This document shows, in pieces, positions 40,561-52,663 of a DNA stretch of 64,000 nt; the stretch's first letter is position 1, and each line of letters opens with the position of its first letter. The notes beneath the pieces are model-generated. The model saw only the letters and a program-made list of their open reading frames with translations. It was not told where the DNA came from and searched no databases. Origin of the DNA: Balanoglossus misakiensis. Lineage: Eukaryota > Animalia > Hemichordata. The DNA is taken from the NCBI GenBank assembly GCA_040954595.2, contig CM082581.2:9031878-9095877 (forward strand), written 5' to 3'. The position numbers were made by a program, and so were the translations under genes.

Positions 40561-43500
40561 TTCACCAATAGAGAATTACTCAGGTCATACAAGTAGTCAT
40601 AGACATAGAAACACAATACGCACGCGCCAAACTTGTGTGATTTGTGTGTCAGAGCGTGCTCACGAACATCTTTTAAAACACGTCACAATTTATTCTCAGT
40701 CTATGCTGCTATCATTCATCTTATACAACAAAGACGGAAAGGTGAATTCCATAAAAATCTGAGAAAGCACTTTCAAATCTCTTCATAGTTCAGTCAGGTT
40801 TCATCCGAACCAGCAAATTCGACGTGATAACGGTATTGCGTGTAATTGGTCAAAACACCCGACTCTCGTTTCAAGAGCCATTTCGTTTCAATGCCAGAGC
40901 AATAAAATGCGATTTTAATTTGAAACAATGACCGCAAAGAGTCAAACGTTATTTTTTTAATACGATAGTTTCCTCTTTCGCGACAACTCATCTGATCGCG
41001 GCTCTTACATCGACGTGTCTGTGTGTCCGATCGTCTCTTCGCACAATATGACTGTTCAATATTGTAGTCTTAATTCGCCGAACCATAAAAACGCCCGTAT
41101 TTCCAAGCAAACCTGGCAAAATATAATCAAGCCCGGGCTTACTGACTGATTTGACGCGACCTCACCGAGCTAAGGAGACATGGCGGGGTCTTAAATAATC
41201 CAAACGCACAGCCTGTAATTGACAACACCCGATGCCTGTACGTATCACGACAAATTCCTCAGCAATTGACCCGGCTGCTGTAGCCAATGAACATTAAATG
41301 CAGTTTGCAACACCGCCAACGACCCCACGAGTGTTCAGTTTAACACAGTGCCATAGCAATATTGACACAATTGCCCCCTCCATCTTGGGGCAAATTGTCT
41401 GTTTAGACAGTAAACCGTTAATGGAAAATATCGAATGAAGGTGATACGGATGGCGCACGCGGGGAATTGCCATGCCACGGAGAGGAAAAAAAAAACTGCA
41501 ATCGTCGGTAATGCCCATAGAATAGAATGAAATGAAATTACACCGTATAAAGCATTCATCTGTTTACACTTGAATCATGGAAATAAAACAAAACACTGAT
41601 AATTTAGAATTATAAGACTGAAATAGACATCTATTGGAAATTGACAACCCTTGTTATGTACATTCCATCTCGCCGTGCATATTAATATAGCTACAATTGG
41701 AACAAGATCAACGAATCCATTCAAACAGTTGGCTGGCAAATTGACCGGGGTTTTATCTGAGACATGTTCTAGAGCGGAAAGAAAACTTCATTTAACTGGC
41801 GGTGGATCTTATCTTGCAGCGTTGGCGAAATAGGAAGGGATGAAAATTGAATGGAGTTATAAGAGCTTTAAATTTTACAGAGAAAGTAATTAGTTTTGTG
41901 CATTCTGTACACGTCGCAATAGAGTGCATCAAGTGAAATGTAACTGATGTGCAGAGCGCTGATGGACACACACCGTCACAGTGTGCGCTGTAACACTCAT
42001 CCACGACACGGGCAGTAAATGTTCTGCGCTCGCCCGTTTTGGATGAACCTGGTACAGCTAGGCATGAATATTTGATGAATTTGAGAGAAATCTAATGGTT
42101 GTCTGCCTGCTGTAAACAAAAGCTATGCGACCCAGGGACGCGGGTTTTCGCTCTTCGATACCTCAGATATCACCATGTGGCTTCCCGCTCCCCTCTCCTC
42201 ACTACCCCGGGCTTGATAGACGGGCCTTTAAGGAATGCTGATGGGGCGAACACTCGCGAAATAATCCCGGCTTCATCGGCCGGAAAAATACTAAACAAAG
42301 ATAGAGTTTGACATAGGAGGGTATGAATTGAAGGTGTTTTTTTGGGGGGGAAGGGCCCACCAAAAACTTCCACGTGACTTAATATCGTACAGAAACGTGT
42401 GCGTGCCTCCAAGTGCTGTAACCTACCAAGAATTTCTGTTACAAGCGGCGTAGGGACAGCCTCGCCCGACGATTGAAATTCTCGCGTGCGCCAAGTTGGA
42501 GAAAAAATTGAGCAGATGTTACGGCAAATTGCCGTGATCCAATGTCAATTAACGCACAGAATGTTGTCTCTTACCGGAAAATTTGACCAGCTGAATTTGA
42601 CTAGACGTTCATTGCTACTCGCCTGTGATGTTCAGCGAAATGACCACCCGGAATTTATTGATTGATGTCGGCAATTAATTGGTTATGATGCATGCTTTGA
42701 TGGTAATGATTATGCATCGTGTCATTAGACTTTCCAGCATCCTGCGAGGGTTTGTAGTTTTTTGATCCGCGCGACAAAATGCGCCTAATCATTTCTACAA
42801 ATATGGGGAAGCCGCAGCTTTTGCTGTCGCAACGCGTTGGATAAGGTTTCCGGGGACGCTTACTATGGAGGAGGGGGTGGAGGGGGAGGGGGGTCATGTC
42901 ACGGCGACAATATATAAACCCGTGCCAGGCATTAAACGGCCAAAAGGGAAAGGGAGCCACAACCCCTCCTCATCAATCATAAAATGCCATAGTTTATTTG
43001 TTAATGGCCCGCAGCACGAGCAGACCATTCCCAAACTGACAATTTTACTGAACGATTGCATTTCCTATGGCGTGTGACTTCGGCAAAGCACCTGCGTCTC
43101 GACACACACAGAGAAAAAACAAACAACAACAACAAACAGTCTGATGTATTTCTTATCCATCAGATTTTTTTCTGCGCATCTCTCGTCGAGTTCTCATTGC
43201 CTGAATGGCTCAGTGGACGGACGGCGCCAAAGCCATCTAGCTAACTAATAATTTGGTAGAAATCCCAGCGACTTTAGAGTTATCACACACGATAGCGGAA
43301 GATAATTGCCTGCCGTAAGGGCCGACATAAACGACCCTATAATAGCCAATAACGGTCATCAACTATTAAAGTTCATTAATGCGATAGTCATAGCGTGTTC
43401 GTGTCTGGATCAAAATGTAATGAGAATAGGCCGACTCTAACCATTCATAGATGCCCCATAGAATTACCTTGTTAAACTGTTTTCGGATGAACGAAGGCTT

Positions 43501-46500
43501 TTTATTAACACTACCTAGTTAGTGTATCTTGTCTGATGCCATCTCCAGCGCGTCTCCATCTCCCAGACACTGGAATGAGCCACTTTATAATTCCGCGTCT
43601 TTTCTTTAAGGTCTTTTACAGCAATTATCGGAAAGTGCTCACTGCTTTTTCCCTCTTTGGCTGATAACAGACACGGGCTTTAAGTCGCATTATGTAGACA
43701 GCGAGACACCGGGGCAGATAAAAAGGAGTGAAAATCTATGGGCCAGGTCAAAGGTCGGATTCATTGGAATGGAGCAAAATGGGGGTTCTGTAGTTAGATG
43801 GCGTATCTTTATGAGCAATTCCTTTTAGGACAAAACGCAAATTAAAACATCTATCATTTGCTTCTCTGATCTCTCTTTCTTTAAAAAAATTATCGCGACT
43901 TCGTGATCCTCTTCAGCACGATTTAGTGCGTGCGTCACGTGACAGAATTACAACTTTCTGTTTAAGTGGGCAATATTTTGTTGGCGAGAAATGGCAGCAA
44001 TACGATTTAATCTGGTCATGAGTAACTCTTTCCCGATGACCGAAGTAGTCTTGTTTTATGATGAAAGATATATATATGGTCATTCTTCACGATTTGCTGG
44101 AGTTTATTTGACGTCTTCTGCAATCACCATAAAATGGCCGGCGGCCGCGCAATTACAACTTGCAAGACGTTCTAAAGCTTCACTCAGCCAATTTTTGTAT
44201 TTCATCCCTCAGTCGATGTTTGTCTTTCTGCAAAGAATTTTTTTCCGTTCCGCTTTTACACAAGCGTTGGCGAAAACCTTCATTAAGACAGTCCTTGCTC
44301 GAGTAATCAGCTTATTAACTTTGATTACCGTTGACTCCTAAATCGGTAAAATAGATAATTAAGATCGCAAGCATACAAAGGAATCGGGACTTGAAAATTA
44401 CTGTCCTTAACCGTGTTTTACATATTATGCAGATTTTGTTATTCTTCAAATGATCGATACAGGTCAGAGGTGAAAATCCTCAACTTAACTTCAATTGACG
44501 ACGCCTTTTCTCGTGAGTAACAAAAATAAATCAATTTTCTGTTTTCTTTCAATATGGATGTCAGGAAGAGATTGTTCAGCTTTAGTAGACAGATTCTGAG
44601 CGAACATGCAGAGCAGTTGGTCGGACTGATCTGCCGGCGTGTGGTTGACTCCGCGGTACAGGCGGAATCCGCATATTAAAATCTAACCACGCGGCGTCTT
44701 AAACTTGCAAATCTAATGATGATAGCGGAATAGATATCCCGGGGAAACTGAATGGGAAGTGAAGCATTTCCGCCAAAAGTTCAACTTTGATGATCCGTCC
44801 ATGCCCGCGCAATCCTGCCTGTGCACTCTCTCATGCCTGTTTTCATTATACAGAATTAGCGGTTTCCGATACGGAGCCCTCCTCACCTGCTCGCGCATAC
44901 AGCTCATCGAACTCTTATCGGATATTCCGCCTTTGGATTCTTCTTCATGGTGCATTATAAATGAGGACGAAATTAGACCGACAAAGGCATTTCAGGGATT
45001 TCCTCGTGGCCCTTATAATTTGTAACTACCAATATATTTCCGTGTATGAACTTGTTCTGTCGCTATAAAACTTGCTCTCACTGTCAAATGGGCTTGATTA
45101 TTATAACTGTTCTTTTCTCGCATGGCAGTGTTTTTTGAGTCTGTACGAGCCGTACTTTTGTGTGCAAAAACGAACCTGATGAAGAGAACTCCAGAACAAT
45201 GGTTGGGTGACTTCATGATGAAAAGTCTCAAATCTCGACTTTGCACGATTCGGCATCTTACTTTCACGTACGGGGCCCTGCAAGTCAGTGCTGGCATTTC
45301 CCATCGACCAGTCATAACGCCCAGAGAGTGACTGCCCCAAGCAAAACAATGCTAGAAAACAGTCTATTATGAGTTGATCGATATTTGCCCGTCAAGCAAG
45401 TTCACATTCGTGGTCAGATTACGCGTCGCCGAATAAATCGTAGCTGAAGGCGTGGAATAACTGAACGTTTTTTTTTTCGGGTTTACTGATTGTGTAACAG
45501 TACTCTAGCATGTAAACTGTAAACGTTCAAGGCGACAACAAAATTATCTTGCACAGCAAAAAAACCGATTTCCACACCCGGATATTGGATGATATTGTAA
45601 TCCTCCGCTTTCCGCTCCTGATTGAAAAGTCATTTCAGAAAATCGTCGAACTTGACCTCTCAGTGGGTAATTGAGATTGGGGCGAGTATGTCGTCACTAA
45701 AAGTATCGCCTAAAGTTCATTCGATTGTGTGGAGCTAATGTGGATTTAGGATTTAAGAAGGTTGTTTTGCTTAATATGGCGAATATACCTTTCCGATCTC
45801 AGCTTACGGAAACGACGTTAAGGTCGTAAGGTCATGACAGCCCACTTCCGAGTATGCGTATTGATAAACCATGACATAGTCAGGTTTCTTTCCCGGTATC
45901 CGGAGGTTTGTCTAAGATGTTGACGGTGTGCAAGTTTAAATCAAAGATAATTCGAAGAATTGAAATCAAGAACAAGGAAGAAATTCCCATGATTCACTAG
46001 TGACGTCACGACTTCTATAATTTGATTTGAGGAAGTTGCCAATAGGGGTAATCTCTGAATATTAAGATTTCAAGCGTTCTGAATAATTCAAGTACGACAT
46101 GTGAATCCATCCTTACATGCTCTTCATAAATAGAATGCTGGATTATTATTATTTTCGTTATTTGTTAGTATTTGGAATCTGTGCACCGGTAAACGATCTC
46201 TAAAAAAACAATATGACTGCTGCGCATCCTCGTTTCATTGAGAAAGGATGGCTCGCGCCCAGCTTCATCGCGTTCGGTGAAAAATGACCCCGAATGAATT
46301 CAGCGCTGCCCTGCCGCCCGTTATATCCCTTCCACTCTCTTTTGACATTAGTCTGAGGCAACAAGGCAAACACCGCTTTGCGTAAGTTGCAAATTAAATA
46401 ATTGCCTCGAAACTGAAGGTGGTGAGTACCGTCGGGTATTAGCTCTTAATACGGCGACGATTGGACAAGTACACGGCGACGAGGAGATGACCTGAACGCT

Positions 46501-49500
46501 GGAGCCTAAACACACATGCACAGACAGTCATCTCGGTGATGAGGGAGAGAGGCGAAAGCTTTGAGACAGATTTGTCTAAGAGGTACATACGGGTCACTGG
46601 CAAATCATAATAATTTCAATGCGGCTGTTAATGGCTTTAGTTGTAAGAGATCACGGGGAAAAAAATATTAACACAGCGATGACTCCCGAACGGATTAAGC
46701 CGAGCCATAAAGACGGCTAGAGACGGGGACTCTTTTGATGCTAAAATGCTTCTAAATTTTTGATGTTTTAATAATTTGTATGACACTACATCTATTCTTG
46801 GCGGTAATACTATCCCAACCCCCGTTAGTGTAACACGGGTGGCTTTATTGGGAAAAATAAATACTCACGCACGGGGGATTGTCGGGGCTTTCTTCAAAAC
46901 AATTACGAGTAATGTTTGAGGTTAATACGGGATACGAACTCTCTTTGAAGAGTGGATCATCAGACCTTTAGGAAGGTAATTTTCGCGAGGGCTTTGTCAG
47001 TGCGTATTTAAGGATACCAGTCGCAGTCCAATGGAGGTACTTAATAGATAATAGCCAATACCTGGGATTGGCTGTAAGCTGCTTGCAGTAAAAGCTTCAT
47101 TGAAAAGCGTTATTAGGTGTCTTTGCTATGTCTATAGGGTGCGCAGAACTTTCGGCGTGTTACAGCTAGGAAGCTAATAAAATTGCCAATCACCAAGTGA
47201 AGGGGAAAAGCGCAAGTGCTCTGATAGCCGCTCTTTTTTTTTTCTTCTACCGGTATTTGCGTTTGATGGCCTCATCACTGGTTGTTATATAGTTAACGTA
47301 AAACAGGGTCACAAGGAGGAATGGGTATTAAACTATGATCAGACTCCAATTGTTATTGTTATCACTATATGATTGGGAACGGTTTACCGGGAAATGGCGA
47401 CTTTGCGATGTGATGACTTGTAGAAGAGACGTCACGTGTCTAATCCGCCTATGTGTGTGTGTCTCCGTGTTATCACTCAAGCTATTGCTAGTAATTTCAT
47501 CGCAATTTCACTGCCGGGCGGGCTCAATTTCATACTCGCCTTGTCGTGTAGGGAAGTTGGAATGATTTTTTTCTCTCTCACCAAGGCAAAGACGATGACA
47601 TAATAGACGTGTCTTTCTCCGGAATGTATTAGAGGAAAAAAATAAATCATACAACTTATGGAACTCCTTCAGGGCAATGCGCATGTGTAACACTGTTTAG
47701 TTTTCTATCATTTATATAGACATAGAGACTAAATTGAACTAGACTTATCATAAAGATTGCAACTTATCGTACCGGTGTTTAACATACACCATAATTTCCA
47801 CTTGGAACAAGCATTCGATATTCAATGGTCGTTTAGAACTAATGTTTATCTCTACAGGCGTATCGATCATGTTGTTATTAAGTGGTAATATCATTTTCTA
47901 CACAGTTTTCATTCTACATTATATACTTCTCCTAGTGAATATCAAATCCAGTCGAACACCGGAAAAATATCCGAAGAAACGCAATCATATCCCGTCTTCA
48001 ATTATTTATATGGGATTATTTCGCAAAATATCGACAAAAGACCTCGGGAAACCGGCACTGATAATAGTAAATCACATTGCCAAACTTTGGAATTTAATAT
48101 TTCAATTTAGAAATGGACCGTGTGTACATCGTCAGCAAGGCGTTTCAAAGAAATTGAGAGAACGACCACAATGTAGAACAATTTGAATTTTACAACAGAA
48201 AGAATCTATGCGCATATGTAAGCCAAGTGCATTGATTTGTTCCAATATTTCGGTCTAGAATATATTTCTATTTTTTGTCGTTTCAGTATCAAAGCATTGG
48301 GCCTAGCGCACTAGAATCGAACGTTCGGATGGATTGGAACTACGTCATGTTTTATAGCAAAAACGTTATGATTTATACAAACAAATAAAAACACACAAAA
48401 TGTTGCTGCCGTCGGGATCACGTTACACATTGTATACTAGTCGCTAAAGTATTGTTTGAACAGTACAACGGGCGGACCATAGCAATAAACGCAAAGGACG
48501 GCAAGTCTGTCGATTATTAAATCATTTTATGAGGTTGACTCGATCTGTAAATACTCATCACCAGAAACCCCTCAGGTCGTATTTCCGACCCTAAAAATAT
48601 TAACTGTTTGTTATCGTTTTGTTCTCTCAATACCCCAGACGAAGCGCTTCTCCGCGTCCAGCTAATATTGTTATTAACTAAACTATTAAAGCTATTAACT
48701 TTATGAGTATTGTACTGGACTAAGGTAAATTGTTTTTGATAGCATGATATGTTTGAAGCGTGGCTGGCGCTGGCTACTGGAGCAGGCAATTCGAAATTGA
48801 TTATGAAATTTGCAGCAGCTGCCGGTCGCCATTTTACTAAAGTTCAAAGTTCACCAGCTACACAGCCAGCATTAGAACATTGGCCGTTTCCGAGCGAGCA
48901 CAGTCCCTCTTCAAAAATACAAGTGGGCGGCAGGAGAACTCACAGCTTCAGCGGTGTATATCGGCCTTTGAACTTTCGGAAAGGCGAATTAGAGAACGCA
49001 AATTCTGGCCGAGGGCTCATGCTTTAAAAATTTAGACACTATCACTGGTGTGCCTCGGGCGTATGTCATAACTTAAATTAATTTCTCTAAAACAACGACG
49101 AGATGAAACGAGGCAAGACGGATTGAGTGAACGGCCAACGAAACGAATTCGCTGCCGCCATCAATGTTTTATTAAAACAAATCACAAAGCAAACATGACG
49201 GTTTTACTTTACCGACAATCAAGCAGGTAAAGACGAACTGGGAAAAGGATCAGATGGTATTGTTTTGTTCGTGAAGACACGTACGATCTCTATATCTCTA
49301 TATCACGGAGAGCATACTTTGGTTCTATCATTTCGTACTATATACAACACAGGTAGTTTTCAATTGTCGGCTTTTTGCTGACGGTTCTACTTTCATTGTA
49401 TCGATCACGGCCGGCTCCCGACTCACTGTGTTGAACGCCCTCTAGTGTCCCGATGCGACCTATCACCATGTGGGTTATTTTTCGCCCAACACAAGGAAGC

Positions 49501-52500
49501 TACAACGCCGCGTTCAATTGAGTAAATCATCCTCGATGCTAACGCTGTACGCCGTCGGTGTACTTTATGTTCCGTTTCCTCAATGCTGATCAGTTCTTGC
49601 GATGAGTATGCAGCAACTTACTTAACACCTTTTGTTTTTAATTTCGAGGCAGACCAAGGTGTTTAAGAAACAATTTGGCGCTTCGAGCTGCACGCTCCAA
49701 TGAAGAAAGCTCTTAATCACACACCCGTCATGCCGATGCATCCACTATGATCTATTCGACTACGGCAATAATTGACACTCTTTGTCAGGAAAAGGGACGA
49801 CTTCAAGAAAAAAAAACAATCTCTCGCGGAAGATAACTTCCACGCCGTAAATTTATTACCTTTCAGCCATCATACGACGCAGAGGCACGACGACTTTTTA
49901 CCTTTCAAATGTCGTTGATAGCCAATGATAGGAAAGAGGACGCGATAAGATATAGGACCTCTGCGCTGCGCATCAAGTCAATTTCGTGAAATCAAGACTA
50001 TATCAATCAACTTGTTTGTAAATCCGAGATCAGGCTAATGTATCCTTGGAGATGCCGACCGACTACCGTCGAATGAAATAGATTAGAGTTGTTGGGCTGA
50101 GCATGGCACCCCTGAGATGCGGGTAATGAACATCCGAGAATCAATTTCAGCCGACGCGTTAGTTGTTTCGCCACTAAGATTACCGATGACGTCAGTCAAC
50201 TTGAGAACTAACACTGACCGCCACGTTAGAGGAGCCATCACTATTAAGACGATGGTCGTCATCTCAGAGGAACGCTAAGACGATCGCTGAGCCAATACAT
50301 TTAATGTGTCTATTCTCATTAATAGAGCTTGCGCGGTACACGCAACTGTTCTATTTAACGAAACTCTCGGTAAAAATCAATCATTTCTTTTTTTTCTCAA
50401 GTTAACCGCGTCATAATGTATACATCAGTAATCGTGGCGTTCTATACGTGATTCGTAAAGCCCTCGGACGTTGATCCACAGCCTCCTCAGACTTTCTCCC
50501 CCCCCCTTCCTCCCGTGCACCCCCCTCTCTTCCTTGTAAGCTGCACGTACAGACACGAAGATGACATGAATCATTTGGGTGATCTCTTCCCTCGTTAATA
50601 TCGAATTGCGTTTGCCTTACACTCCACTGAGAAAGCACTGGTTCCACATTACTGCACCGATTTTTTATTGCCCACCATTTGCACATTCCAGTGCTCATAG
50701 ACGAGTTAAAACTCTACATTTGCATTATATGTACCTTCAAATAACCCATGACTGAGCCCTGCAGATCTGTTACTGTAATAAAGGTACGATGTACTTTCGT
50801 GGATGGACAAGCGATAGAAAGAGAGTGCGACCTCTACGATAACATCATCGTTATTGCAGTGCAGTACATTGTAGATAGAATACTAGTATGGTAGGGAGAG
50901 AGGGCGCTTTACTTCGAGATAACAATGTTACATCGTCATAGGTCTGGCAAGCGCAACATGTGAACAACTTTCAAAATTGTGGGAATATTCGATCGACGGG
51001 ATGTAAGTATGTTCTCTTAAAACTAAATGAAAAAGAATTAGCAACATACCCCCCCCCCAAAAAAAAATGTAGAACTCATCTCGCAGATTACAAGTCACAT
51101 GATGGAAACACATAATTCCGAGAGTGTAGTGACCGCAGCTATTTCTGGACGCTTATCACCATAATCAATTGTTAATAAATGTTAATACATTCTCAATGAA
51201 GAGTTGGGAAATTACCGTTTAACCTTGAGCACAGTTCCCAATCACTGTGTGTCTTCAATAAATCACTGTGAATCGTGTAAAGGAACTAAATTGTCGATTA
51301 TCAAAAGAATGCTACTACAAAGCCATTTGACGCAATGAACAGTGCAGCAATTCATAACAATTTCATACAATTGACTTGTCCAAGTATTAAAAAACAACAA
51401 CAAATGTATTCTTCATAATAGTTGATATTTTTACTAACAAGTGTAGCGATTACCCAATGTTTCAATTGGCGGTAACTCACGAATGATTGTTTATATAAAT
51501 TATAAATATACACTGAGTATTGTTTGATGGTCATTGCAAAATACACAAACAACCAAATTATAACAACATTGCAGGAGCATTTAATTAAGAAGGTAACTTT
51601 CATTATAAAACGTGTCATTAATAGAAACGTATTATTGCAATGGAAATTAAGGGAATCTGAGTAAAGATAAACCTCGCACTCTTTTTGAATTTACAGTGCA
51701 CACATTCAATAGACCCCCGGCATTGCATGTCTTACTTAGGGGTTTCTTTCAACTACAGCGGTCCTTGCAGATGTCAAGTTTCTACTGAATTCAAGCCATA
51801 GATTTTAAGCCTAAAATAATTTGGGATAGCGAATACATGACTACATGTACAAAGCTATTTGCGTGTTGTGCGTGTTTGCCTTGCACCTCATTCGGTCACC
51901 AAATGCTGAGCTGCTACACTTTGATTACTTTGACTGAATCTTAATAAATGAATGAAATTAAGTATTATGAATATTCATCACCCGTGCCTGACGGTGTTGT
52001 ATTGTGGGTGGTGATGTTAAAATACAATTCTTTAATAAGAAAGATCCCGAAAAAGATGTTCGCATATTTTGATCAAAAAAGGCCATGCTGATTTTCGTAT
52101 GAGTTAGATAAACTATTCGGCTAACAATTATTGACGTCTGTGTGACGTTGTTCCAAAGATTGTGTACATATTTGTCGACATGAAGCGGACTGTAAAATTG
52201 ATTTCATGCTCGAAAATCCACATTTTCCAAATTCATCAAATTTCAGAACAATACATGTAACACAGGTCTTGTTAATATTGAAAACAGAGCGCAGAATAGG
52301 AAACTTCGCCAGGATCTTTATAATCGATTTCTAATTACATGCTTTTTTCGTAACACATTATTAAATCATGCAACTGCTAGCATGTCAGTTGAATTATACA
52401 AACAACCTCCCTAATGATACTTAATGAAAGATTATAATTATGACCCTGGTTGGAGACTTCACACTATTGCGTAAGTCCGGTTGTTCTTCTTGCCCCTATG

Positions 52501-52593
52501 GGATAGCTCTGTTAATTACTGAGCGCTGCATTTTCTCTGGACTGCCGTACAGACGGCCGTGCCACTCAGGGTCTAGTCTGATGCTTTCAAAAG

Positions 52594-52663
52594 ATGGGAG
52601 TCACCAGACCTCAATACATGATAACAATTCTCGCGATCGTTACGTTTACAGTTCAAGTTTGGG
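52594..52663 (+). CDS. PKD1-like exon: signal peptide
   Basis: MGVTRPQYMITILAIVTFTVQVW has a hydrophobic core and ends at donor G|GTGAGT (phase 1), which fits the next exon. Confidence 0.75.

Noticed and set aside
44713-45349. Cluster of 70-100 aa ORFs on both strands
   Set aside because: No domain signature or consistent splice chain.
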